From the human T2T-CHM13v2.0 reference genome, Homo sapiens, in NCBI RefSeq assembly GCF_009914755.1, contig NC_060941.1: 64,000 bases of DNA. One strand, given 5' to 3'. Shown here piece by piece: positions 1-34,930 of this stretch. A model generated the notes under the pieces. It was not told the DNA's origin. It did not search any database and saw only the letters and a list, made by a program, of their open reading frames with translations. Positions within the stretch are counted from its first letter, which is position 1. Each line of letters starts with the position of its first letter. Both the position numbers and the translations under genes were made by a program.

Positions 1-284
<284 letters not shown>

Positions 285-289
285 CTCAG

Positions 290-700
290 GCTTCCCTTTG
301 AATGCCATGAGAACATCTGGGGGACTCTGAGCCCAGAGGTGACCTGATTATCTTACAGCTTAATAGGATCACTCTGGCCACTGTGCAGGGAATAAATGGC
401 AGGGCCAAGGATGGAGGCAGGGAGACCAGTTAGGAGGTGACCACAGTAATCCAGGGGAGAAAATGATGGGGGAGATGGTGGCAAGTCATCATATTCTGCA
501 CATATTTTGAAGGTAGAGCCAACAGGATTTGCTGACAGAATGGATGTGGGAGAGGAGTCAGGAATGATTCTAAGGTTTTCAGCCTGAACAACAAGAAAGA
601 TGAAATTGCCATCAGTTGAGAAGGAAGAGGCTGTGGATGAAGCGGTGGGTGTGGGGTGGGAAGGGGGAAGCAAGGGTAGATCCAGGGTTCCAGGGCAGAT
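290..700. mobile_element. L2 fragment
   Basis: Typical L2 motifs (GGAGACCAGTTAGGAGG..GTAATCCAGG; AGGTAGAGCCAACAGGATTTGCTGA). Confidence 0.7.
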
Positions 701-1559
701 CACCCAATGGAGCACTCCCCTGACCTAGGAAAGGGGACACTGGACAGCCACAACTTCCGGCAAATGCCCAGGACAGGTGGTTCCTGGTGACCTGCGGCAG
801 AGCAATTCCAGCAGGGTGAGGAGGAACCACACAGCTAAGTGTGCTGCGCATGTGGAGGCCGCGCTTGGTCTCCTGACTTACGAAGCAGAGCAGAGGGATC
901 TGGGAGACACAGAGGGTGGTGGCCTGAGCCCATGTGGAGGCTGCCGGGAAGAGCCAGGAGAGGGAGAGAGTGCAGATCAGGATAGAGTCTCCACATGAGG
1001 GAGGAGAGATGGATCCCAGCCAAGGCTTGGCTGCAAAAGCACAGGGTCAGGCTCAAGGCACTGAGGGCCTGGACCAGCGTCAGGGAGCAGGGGGAAAGGA
1101 TCCAGAGACATTTGCGCAGCAGAGATGGCCAGGAAGCTGCTGGAGAGTGGGAGGAGTCAGGCGCAACTCCAAGATTTTGAATCCCAACTCCTGCCAGCGT
1201 CCTGAAGGCCTCTGTCCCCCTCTAAGTCCAGGTTTACCAAAGCCTGCTGCACCCTGGAGTTCTCAGTTCTCTGAGCACGGCCCCATACCTGATTCTAAAT
1301 TCACACCACTGCTTCCTCTGCTTTTGTTGCAAGCCACAATCAGAGGACACTGTTCACTTGCTGATTCCAATGCCCTTTGGCCCCTCTATCCCACAGCCCG
1401 GTGATGTGGCTCCTTCTCCTGCCCTCCACCAGAGCCCCCATCTCAGCAAGGGCTTTGCTTTCTGTCTCAAAGAGAAACACGGTGCTGAGCGGGGGAAGCT
1501 GAGCACAAAAGAGTACACATAATACACTCTTAGGAGGTTCTAGAAGCAGTGACACCCAC

Positions 1560-1775
1560 CTACTGTGACCTACAGTGATAGAAATCAGATCAGTGCTGTC
1601 TGGGGCCAAGGGACTGATTGCAATGGGATAGGAAGAAACTTTCCAAAGAGATGGAAATGTTCTATATCTCTAAGGGGTGGTGGTTACACAGCTGTCTACA
1701 CTGGTCAAACGACATCACCTGTACATTGAAAACGTGTGCATTTTATTATATGTAAATTATACCATAATAAAGTTT
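1560..1775 (+). mobile_element. Old L1M 3' end fragment
   Basis: GATGGAAATGTTCTATATCT..GTGCATTTTATTATATGTAAATTATACC..AATAAA. Confidence 0.7.
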
Positions 1776-1795
1776 ATTTTATTTAATTTTAATTC

Positions 1796-2696
<901 letters not shown>

Positions 2697-2713
2697 TTAA
2701 AAAATTTTTTTAG

Positions 2714-3131
<418 letters not shown>

Positions 3132-3374
3132 TCACAGGCCCAGAATCTACAGGGCCACCAAGGAACCAGCCTGACAGCAGAGGCAGGTGGGGCCACTAAG
3201 AAAGTTGGGGCTGTGTGGCCCCTCTGTGACCACAGTTCTTCCTTCCCACTCCCTTTCTGTTCTTTGATTCCCCTCCTCCACCAGGGCACACAGTTCCCAC
3301 TGGGCAGCCTGTGTAATGCGCCCCACATTTGTGCTTTGAGGCTACAGAGCACTTCCCCTACACCAGGGACCTGA

Positions 3375-3708
<334 letters not shown>

Positions 3709-3758
3709 TAAAAAATTGTTTTTAAAGATAAAATAACAGTCTATCAAGCAGAAAAATC

Positions 3759-3760
<2 letters not shown>

Positions 3761-3802
<42 letters not shown>
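3761..3802. repeat. (CA)n microsatellite, about 21 units
   Basis: Direct read. Confidence 0.95.
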
Positions 3803-3805
<3 letters not shown>

Positions 3806-5372
3806 CATCTCACACATACACACACTCCCATCTGTCCACATGCTTTGCTTCCTCCCTTCTCTCTGGCACGGCAGAGCGCCTCCTCTTGTCCATGCAAGCT
3901 ATCACGCCTAGACTGTTCCCCCTAAAAAAAACTCATGCCACCCTTCCTCTGACCTTGCATCCATCTCCCCTGCTGTCCTTACAGCCCAGCCCCTAGGAAG
4001 GATGGGCTATATTCCCCTTCAGCATGCTGGATCAGTCACCCATCTCTGAGACACCTGCCCTGCAGAGACACTCCTTCTCTCCTTTCTGTCTTCTCTCAGG
4101 TTCCTAGGACCCCACTTGCTTGTATCCAGCGATGGAGGGAGAGTTTCAGGCTCTCCCTCCATGTCTGGATACTCCTTCTCATGCTCCCAGCCCAGCTCCT
4201 CTCCCTCTGACACCTCTTCAGTGCCGGCATTCCCTGGGCCCCTGGACCTGGTCTTCTGCTTTCCACTCTGCACCTGCACAGTCTCCCGTCATGATCTCAC
4301 CTGCTCCAGGGCTTCAGTTACCATCTATTGCTGACAATGCTCAAAGATACCTCTGAATATTTTTTTCAGAGTATCAAGGATGTGGCAGAAGAGGTAGACA
4401 CAGGATATATGACATATGCTTCAGAAGCTGTTTACAATTTTTAATATGATATGTATACTCAACCCCCTTCTGTCACAGTCCACTGGACCTCAGGCTCAGA
4501 AAGCCCCAAACTGAACTCATCAGCCCTTTGCCAGCCCTGCTCTTCCTCCCTTCCTCAGGATTCCAGCTTCAGGCAGAAACCTGGGAGTTACCCTCTTACT
4601 CCATGACCAGCAATTGTCAATTATCCCCTTCTCTTGATTTCACCCTCTAAAACTCCCCCTTCTCCACCCCTACAGACATTCCCAGAGAGGTTCAAGCATT
4701 CATTCATTCAATAAGTATTAGCTGAGCACCTACTCTGTGCCAGACACTGATCCCGATGCTCAAACACAACACATAAAAATCAGTGCCCTACAGAGCTTCC
4801 CTTCTAGCACTTGCAGTAATTTCAAAAGCGGCTCCATCTTTCATTCTAACCCCTCTAACTGCCCACTCTGCTGTGGCCACAGCAAAAGTCACCACATGTG
4901 CAGCTGCTCAGCATCTTCCATGGGACTTCATCCTCCTGGGATCAAGCCTGGGCCATGTGTGAGGTGTCCTGATCCCCTTCCTCCTGTCTTCTCTCATCTT
5001 CCCTTCCTCCCCCACCAAACACTTGTACCCTCTAAACATGGTAGACTCCCTCTGCAGGTGGTCCATCCCCAAATATAAGGCATATTGTACTGCCTGTCCA
5101 GCGGCCTTCCCTTCAACCCCAAGCACCTGCAGGACCAGAACTGCTTTTATCCTTCCTGCAGTATCAGTGCCTGGCCCATTATCCGGCACATAGTCGGGGG
5201 GTCAACAAATGGTAACTGATTACATAGATGACAGTGGATTAACAGTAGTGTCACACAGACAGGGAGAGTCTTGGGGAGCAGGGAAACATGAGTTCTGAAT
5301 TAGCCCCAGAACACCTCCCTGATTGATAATTTAGACCAACCCCATGGACACCTAGTTAAAAGGGGGGGTGCT

Positions 5373-5910
5373 AGCGGGGCATGGCAGCTTACACCTGTAA
5401 TCCTAGCACTTTGGGAGGCTGAGGCAGGAAGATTGCCTGACCTGAGTCAAGATCAGCCCAGGCCAGGCGCGATGGTTTATGCCTGTAATCCCAGCACTTT
5501 GGGAGGCCAAGGTGGGCAGATCACGAGGTTAGGAGTTCAAGACCAGCATGGCCAACATAGTGAAACCCCATCTCTACTAAAAAAAAAAAAAAAAATACAA
5601 AAAAATTAGCCAGGGCGGGCGCGGTGGCTCAAGCCTGTAATCCCAGCACTTTGGGAGGCCGAGGCGGGCGGATCACCTGAGGTCGGGAGTTTGAGACCAG
5701 TCTGACCAACATGGAGAAACCCCGTCTCTACTAAAAATTCAAAATTAGCCAGGCGTGGTGGCGCATGCCTGTAATCCCAGCTACTCAGGAGGTTGAGGCA
5801 GGAGAATCGCTTGAACCGGGAAGTGGAGGTTGCAGTGAGCTGAGATCACACCATTGCGCTCCAGCCTGGGCAACAAGAGTGAAACACTGTCTCAAAAAAA
5901 AAAAAAAAAA
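5373..5910 (+). mobile_element. Composite Alu cluster (fragment, left monomer, full AluS)
   Basis: Three successive Alu 5' starts at about 5373, 5461 and 5613. Confidence 0.88.
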
Positions 5911-6792
5911 GTGAGGTGCAAATCCTACTTTTGCACCTACTGCTCTTTCCTCGCCCTAGAAATTTCCACAGGAGCACAGTCATCAACCTACAGAATGTTA
6001 ACACCAAGGGGACTTTCAAGATCTGGTCACCTGACCAAATACCAGAGAGGGTAACCGCTTTGCCCAAGGTCACACTGCTGGCTGGGGCAGGGCTGGGACT
6101 AGAGTAGCTCTGGAAAATGGGAACAAGAATAGAACCTATCTCAATCTTGTTGCAGGGAGTATGTTACATGCTTAGCACATTGCTTGGCACATAATAAACT
6201 CTCATCGAATAGGAGCTGTTGCTGTTATCGTTGCTATTATCATCATCATCATCATCACAGGTGTCCATCCTTGCCTCCAAGTTCCTTGCCTCCTGATCCT
6301 CCCATCCCCCAGTGCTATTCTCCACTATTTCCTCCCTTTCCTCCCAATCCATGATTTCCTCCCTTCTCCCCTCCCAATTCATGTTTGGCCCACTGCAGTC
6401 AGCGTCCACCACCACCAGTGCCTGGAACCTTCCAGGCTGAGGTCACCAGGGACCTCCTCCTTGTAGAACCCTTCCTTCCCTCGACCTCTCAATGGCATGT
6501 GACCCTAGCACTGCTTCCTCCTTAAATGTCCTTGACTTCTATAACATAAACTCTCCTGCTGCTCAGGACATCCGGCTCTCCCTCTCACCCTCTCTGCTAA
6601 TCCAGACACAAATAGTCAACTGCCTACTGCCATAGGCACCCAACGTCAGCACATCCAAAGCAGTTTGTTACCAGCTCCATCACCCTGCCCCGCTCCTGGG
6701 TTCTACTGTTCAGTGTACAGATAGCCCCGTCCACCAAATACCCTAGGCTGCACCAGGCAAGACAGGGGAGGACTCCCAGAGGTACAGCCTAG

Positions 6793-7308
<516 letters not shown>

Positions 7309-7727
7309 GCCTCTGCGCCTTTGAACATGCTGTTCCCCCTGCCTGGAATGCTCTTCTGCCCCTTAACTGCCTGCAAACTCTCCCTCACCCACTTGGTCCT
7401 AGTTCAGGCCCTCCCTGATCCCATAAACTCAGTTACTTCCTCCCTGCAGTATCAGCATCATTCATAGCACTGTCATAGCCCTTTTCATCCTGAAGTTAAT
7501 AATTCCCTATGTCTGTCACCCCTACTAGCTATCTGTGTACCTACCATGTATCTCCATGTATCTGTTAATACTTTCCTATGTCTGTCATCCCCAGGTGCTA
7601 TCTGTGTATCTCCTATGGCCAGCCCATGATGATTCAGTGAGTGTCTGCTGAAAGACCGAATAATTAAACTTTTTCAACTTCTGTCCTGATGGTAAGTATA
7701 AGAGGAGGGATGAAGATTAGGCTGTAA

Positions 7728-8087
<360 letters not shown>

Positions 8088-9069
8088 CTAGTCAACTGTC
8101 ATTGCTTACCCTGGAAATTTCCCCAGGAGCGGAGTCATCAACTTACAGAATGTTACCACCAAGGGGACTTTCAAGATCTGGTCACCTGACCAAATACCAG
8201 AGACGGTAACTGCTTTGCCCAAGGTCACACTGCTGGTTAGGGGCAGGGCTGGGGCTAGAGTCCACGTAGCTCTGGAAAAAGTTTGGGCAGATGCTATCTC
8301 ATCCCATGAACTTCTTCCCTTCCTACCCATTCTGTCTCCCCAAAGGAGGTCCCTGATGCCCTAACATGGTCAGGGAACTACCTGGGCTCACTCACAGCTC
8401 TTACAGCATTTGCTGGGACCTTGGCCAGGTGGAGTTACCAAAATCCTGTAGACTGGAGGCAGGGGGATCCAACTATCACCATATTAGAGATTGGCAAACT
8501 GAGGCAGCTAGCTAACCGCAGAGGGCAAGATTTGATATTGAGTACTGTGTTCCTCCTGTAGAAAGACCTGAGAAGCCCAAACTCCCACATATGCAGAGTC
8601 ACTATTCACAATAATCATGACTGCTGACTTCCTAATGTCAGGGAAATCCCCTCACTCCCACCAGTTCCTCCTGAAACAGAGCCTCCCTCCATCTTGCACA
8701 GGGTGTCTGACTTAGGAAACAAACTGTACACCCACCCTCCTAAGCCACCCAGGCCTACTAGATAGATCACCTCCGAGTCATACCCTTTAATGGGGAAATC
8801 ACCCTTCTTTGTGCCAGGCACTTGACATCGTCACTGCTCACATCAGCCCTAAGGTTAGTACTACAGTCTGCGATGGGGAAACGGAGGGTCCCAGATAAGT
8901 CACTACTAATCCATGGTCAAAGCAAGAAAGTGGCAGGGCTGGGACTCGAACTTAGGTTTGCCTGACTCCAGCGGGTCCCCGCCCAGGCGGGAGGCCCTCC
9001 CAGCTGAAGCCTTTCGCTGACTAGATTACCTGGGGGAAAATGACTTAACCTCTTCGAACCCCCAGAAGG

Positions 9070-10200
9070 TCAGAAGCTTTGCTTTTGGGGGAGAAAATGG
9101 TGTGCAAACGAGACGCGAAGGAAACGCAAACCCTCGGGCGTCGGCGCAGCCTCTTCCCCGAGCCTGGGTCTGTCTAATGGCCCAGAGGGAGAGGTCGCAC
9201 CCCCGACCCCTGGCACCTGCGAAACCAAGCGCCCGGTCGGCTGGCAGAAACGAAACCTCAACACCCTCCAGCCTCCCCCGCTTGGTTCCCGGAACCGGCG
9301 AGCCAGGCTTCGCGGAAACTTGCCCGGCGGCAGCCGCCTAGGGCCCCGGGATCGCCCTGACCGCAGCCCGCAGCTCCGGGCCGGGAGGTGCGGGCCGGCG
9401 CGGTCGGGCCCGAGCAGCAGCGCGACGCGCGCTTCCGCCCCGCTCGGCTCCGGCGGCGGCCGCGGCGGCCCCACAATCCCCTTCTGGCTCCGGGGACGGG
9501 CGGGGCGGGGCGAGCGGGCGGAAATAATTTTCTGTTTGGTCGTCTCTGCCCCAGTCCCTTCGCCGCGGGACGCGCGAGACGGGAGAAGGTGCGGGAAGCG
9601 GGAAGCAGGAGCGGGAGCGCGCGGCCCTGGCACGCATAGGGCGGCGGAGAGGGCACGAGCAGGGATTGAGCACCTACTGTGTGCCTTCACGCTTTACAAA
9701 AGGATTTTCGTTCGATGTTCACTACAGCCCCTGCCCGGGGGTACTGATGCCCCATTTACAGAGGGACAAGCCGGATTTCGGAGAGGTGAAGTCACTCGCC
9801 GAAAGTCGCACCGCCAGGGTCTGCGTGACACCCTAAAGCAGTGTTCAGTTACCCCGGGGAGAGCGCGATGAACTTGAACCACTTGTTGGCTGGTTCCTGC
9901 TCTTGCTCGTTTTTTGCGGATCGACACATAGTGGGCGCTCAGGAAAATAAATGTTGGAAGCTTGAGATTGAACTTGACAGCTCGACCCTAGGTACCCGCC
10001 ACGAATCCAGCCCAGCCCGCGGGGCACCGGGTTTCTCCAGACCTCGCAGGGAACATTTGCGGATGGGCTGGTAGAGGAGGCTCGGACATCCCAGTTCCGC
10101 ACCCGCACTCGACCAACGCGTGGTAGCGGAACCCCTGTCGTAGCGAGGCACAGACTGGGTTCAAGTCCCGACTCTGCCGATTTCAGCCTGAGTGACTTTG
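9070..10200. promoter_or_regulatory. CpG island upstream of MLLT6
   Basis: Very high CpG density, GC boxes (GGGCGGGGCGGG near 9498). Confidence 0.8.
9345..9414 (-). ncRNA. MIR4734: Annotated miRNA hairpin MIR4734 (low-confidence GC-rich miRNA)
   Basis: Minus strand reads CTCGGGCCCGACCGCGCCGGCCCGCACCTCCCGGCCCGGAGCTGCGGGCTGCGGTCAGGGCGATCCCGGG, containing GCTGCGGGCTGCGGTCAGGGCG. Recognised from memory of the miRBase entry, not searched. Confidence 0.75.
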
Positions 10201-12717
10201 AGCGAGTCACTTTTTCCCGTCGAAACCTCAGTTGCTCCATCCACAAAATGGGAAATATGAACAGCCACCCTAAAACGGTGTGGGGAGGATTAAACGAAAC
10301 AACGTTCCCAAAACTCTAAACTTACAAATGTTGTCTCCCGTCCATCCCATAAACTTAGGCGACAAACCTGGCGCAGGGTGACCTGAGACAAAGGCTTCCC
10401 GGCCCCTGTCTCCAAGTCGTCCATCCCTGGGGCGTAGGCACGTTTTAGTGAGCCCTGTCCGGCGAAACCCGAAACTGCGGCCACCTTGGCAGCGGTGGGC
10501 CCCAAAAGGAAATATTCAAATATTCTGAAACTCGTGCATGATTTAGGACTGACATTTTTACGTTTAATTTTCTTGCAGTTTTATTCTTGCTAGTAAAGGT
10601 AATTCGTTAGAAACCCTTAAGTGCAGTTTCTCCTCTGTGTCTTGTTTAACTTTTCGTGTTAGCGAAATTCACAAATTTGACCAAGGAACCGGAGCGCGGC
10701 CGTCCTCGCCGGGATTCCGGTCATCGCAATAATCTGGCTCTCGGCCCCTACTCCCAGGCACGGAGGTCGAAGAGACGGGCTTCCCCTACACCGCCCTGTG
10801 TAGATGTAGCCTCTTCGTCCCGGCAGCCCTCCGAGATTCCCTGTGTCCACCGGAGCGAGGAGAGGTGTGGGGCTGCAGCCCAGAACTCAGCTTCCTGGAC
10901 CTCCCCAAACTCCCGCCTCTCCGGGATTAAGGGAGTAAATCCCTGACGCCAAAGACCAGGTCAAGGACAAGTTCTCCCCCGCCCTACTCCCCCCTCCTGG
11001 GCGGGGATTCATCTCCCTTCCGGATGAAAGGTACTAAAGAGCCGACGGGGGGCCGCGGCGGGCCCCAGGCCCTTGATGTTCCGGTTGAACAGGTGCTGGT
11101 GAAAAGGAGGCGGACCCGGCGGAAGAGTCTGCCAGGGGGCAGTGCGCCGAAGGGGAGGCGGCCTCCTCCACCCCCAGTCCCCCGGCCCGTCTTCCCTTCT
11201 CCTCTCTGTTTGCCCCTCCCCCGCAGGAAGCGTTCCCGGCCGCGAGGTCTTTGAAGTGTCGTTGAAGCCCCCAGGGCTGCCTTCTCCCCTACGCCACCCG
11301 AACTCCCGCTGTGGGGGGCGGGTGACCTTTAGTCCCCACGAGTCGTCCCCCTTTAGGAAGTTTTTGGGGGTCAGATCTCACCCCCCCTTGCCCACACAGG
11401 TCTTGGGAAGAAGACTTTGGGCCGACGCCCCTCACTTCTCCCCCAGACCCAATTGCAGGGACTTTAGTCCTCTGGAGTGCTGCGTGTGAGTTACCTTGTG
11501 TGTCTGTGTGCGTGCCTAGAGGTCAAGTGTAACTGGTGTTCGTGAGCACCTCGTGGTTGCGGGTCTCTAACTCTCGTGGGTCTCTAAGCGCACCCGCGGG
11601 GCTGGAGCGGAGGTTCGTGTCTCTGGGAGGGTCAGTGGTGTGACTGAAGCTGGGAGTTAGCTCGTGTCTGTGGGTGCCTCGGTGTGTGTCTCTGGGGCTC
11701 TGAGTCCCTGTGCGTGCGTGTGTGTCTGTGAACCCGACAGGAAGCTCCCCGAGGGCAGGAATATGTTTTGCTCTCTACTCGATCCCAGCGACTGGCAACG
11801 AGCGTTTAATAAATATCTGTTGAATGAATAAATGTCTGCGTGTGAGAGCGTCTACCCTCCAGAGTGGCCTCGGAGGAAAGGGCCCGAGGGCGGCCATCCA
11901 AAAAGACCCCCAGACACGGGGTGGGGCGGGGGCGAACGGCCCGCGTCGCTCCCATTCCTCCTAGCGCCCCTTCCCCCGGTCTCCACTCCAAAGTTTCCCT
12001 GGGGCTGAAGAATCCACCCAGAGACGAAGACTTGGCGGAGGGGGCTGGAGACTCGGGGACCCGGGGCCCGAGACGGGAGTGCGGGCAGAGGGAGGGCTCG
12101 GGAGCGACGACCCAGAGCCGTGAAACGAAAAAGAAAGCAGGCAAAGCAGCACGGAGCGAAAGAGCGAAAAGCTCCCTACCAAGCCAGGCTTTGTTCCCTG
12201 AACCTAAGACTTTACCCGGCGGCTGGCGGCGGGCGGGCCGGGAGCGAGCGAGCGGAGGCGCGCGGCCATGGCTGCCGCGGCCGGGCAGGGGGGCCGGGGG
12301 GGCGGCGCGTGAGCGGGTGGCGCGGGGCGGCGCGGGGCGGGCGGGCGCCCGCGATGTGCCACTCGGCGCCTCCCCCGCCGGGCTCGGGCTACGCGGCGGC
12401 GGGGCGGCCCTAGGAGCCGGGCGAGCGGCGCGGAGGGGGCGAGCCCGGCGTGCGAGTCTCATTGTTGTGGGGGGGGCCCGTCGGGGCATGAGGGCGAGAG
12501 CACGGCGGGGGGGGCGGCCAGACAGAGCGAGCGAGGAGGAGGAGGAGGAGGACGCGGAGGAGGAGGAAGGAGGAGGCAAAGAAAAGAAGCGGCGGCGGCG
12601 GAGGGAGAGGAGGAGGGGGCGAGGAGGCGCGCGGCCCCCCGCTCCCTCCCTCCCCCCTGACCCCCGACCCCCGCCGGCCGGCCCCCCGCCCCAGCCCCGG
12701 AGGGAGCTCATGGGAGT

Positions 12718-32683
<19,966 letters not shown>

Positions 32684-33432
32684 ATCCACCCTTACCCCTC
32701 CTGACCCCCCCAAGTGGAGGGAACAGATCCTGGCCTGAGGGGTCCTAGCCTGGAGCAGGCGCCTGCGCCCAGACCCTGGAGAGCCTTGACCCAGAGCCTG
32801 TGCTGAGGTCCAGGGAGTGTGGAGAGCTCCTGGTGTCGAGGACTGAGACTGAGAGGGGAGCCCCCTCCATCTGGCCCCCTTCCCTTTCCGCACTGTCCGC
32901 TTTGTGAGGCTCAGAGGAAGGACAGTCTGCAAGCCCGCCTAGGAGGTCCATCCCCAGCAAATGTTTTGGAGGTCCCCCCAGAGAGCAGAGTGGGCCATGG
33001 CAGAAGTAGGGGGTTGGTTGGACCTGTCACATGAAATGGATCAGCACTTGAATGGGGAGAAGTGGAGGGAGAGGCCCTGGGCCTGTCCCTGCGGGGAAAT
33101 CTTTTATGGAAGAAGGGCTGGACCCACTTTACCTGCAGTTTCTTCCCAGCTCGGGCAGATGGCAGAAGGGACCCCTTGGACTTTTTCTCGCCATCCCTCC
33201 CCCCAGCGCAGGGGCACAAGCTGAGCTTGTAAAAGCCCACAGATGTTGGGGGCTGGAGAAGGGGCAGGAGAGCATCACACTCAGCCCCAGCCTCCTCAAC
33301 CTCTTGGGGCCCCGTGATGGGGAGGAGAGGGCAGGTGCGGGGAGGCTCTGGCCTTCCTTGGTGCCCCGCCCTTTGTTTGCACTATTGGACTTAGGAGTGC
33401 CGAGGGTGGGGAGATGGAGCTGCCCGTCTCAG

Positions 33433-33454
33433 TGTGTGAGTGTGTGTGTGCGTG

Positions 33455-33487
<33 letters not shown>
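33433..33487. repeat. (TG)n microsatellite in MLLT6 3' UTR
   Basis: Direct read. Confidence 0.93.
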
Positions 33488-33488
<1 letters not shown>

Positions 33489-34234
33489 TGTCTGCCTGTC
33501 TCTCTCCTCCTGGACCCAGGGCAGCCAAGGGCAGGGATAGGCGCAGTGGTCAGATGAAGCAGCGCCAGAGAGGGGACCTCCCAGCTCTTATTTGCACCCT
33601 CCCCACCTCACCAACTTTGGTCCCTCTCTGGGGGCATGAATGGTTAACAAACACCAGAGCAGTACTCCAATATTGGAGAGTCGCTGGGGGCACAGGGCTT
33701 TGAATCAGGGTAGTATCCTGCCTTCCCTCCCCTGACCCCACATGGTCTCAGGGCCCCCTTAGGGCCCCCTACCCCACTGATAGCTTCCTCCTTCTCTGGC
33801 ACAAGGGGAGCCCCAGGGCTTGGGGGAGGGCGTAAGGTGGGGGGAAATGCCACTGCTTTTAGCAAAAGCCTCCCTCCCAGAATTAGCCAGCTTGCCTCCT
33901 GCACCCCACCCCCACCAACCAGGGGAGCCACTAAGCTGACTAACAACTGTCCCCTCACCCACCAGCTATTTCCCCAGGGTAGAGTGGGCAATTCTCACCT
34001 TCAAAGAGTCCCCGCCTGCCCAGGCCTTTGGCACAGAGGCTGAGTGGACAGTCAGGAGAGAGGCGAGAGGCAAGGCGAAGCCTGTGTCCCTGTTTCAGTT
34101 GCACTGGGGTTGGAGCCCAGGGTAGGGGTTTCCAGCTTCCCCAGGCTCCGGCCTTGTCAGTCTCTTTGCATGTGTGGATTTTTCTGTGTGTGTTTCTGTT
34201 TGGGTTTTTGTTGTTGGGTTTTTTTTTTTTTTTT

Positions 34235-34240
34235 AATAAA
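34235..34240 (+). terminator. Candidate proximal poly(A) signal of MLLT6
   Basis: AATAAA after a long U tract, with GU/U-rich sequence downstream. Confidence 0.55.
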
Positions 34241-34605
34241 GAAAAGAAGATGTGTATATTTTTGGCAACGACAGAAACGTAGTGCAGATATATTTTTGCC
34301 TGTGCTGCTCAACTGTTTTTTTTTTCTGATACTGAAAATAATATTAATATTCCTGTTGATAAGACTTTGTAAGATGTTAGGGAGCTGATAATGGAGGGGG
34401 GTGGGAATCCTTCAAAGGCAATTTCTTAGGCACTTGCAAGGGCTTGGGGGAGGGGGAGGCAGTTGTGATGACCTCAGAAATACTCACTTTTTATTAATGC
34501 TAAATATGTTAGAAAGAAATGATAGCATTCAGCATTTTATTCTTCTTAATCTATTAAGCTGTGTAACTCCCTGCCCCAAACCACTGAAAAGAAAAGTAAC
34601 CTTCA

Positions 34606-34930
<325 letters not shown>

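Noticed and set aside
6239-6257. (CAT)n giving a poly-Asp ORF at 6164-6415
   Set aside because: Short simple repeat beside a MIR fragment.
12661-12717. AF10-like N-terminal extension of MLLT6
   Set aside because: In-frame TGA at 12658-12660 and no in-frame start codon after it.
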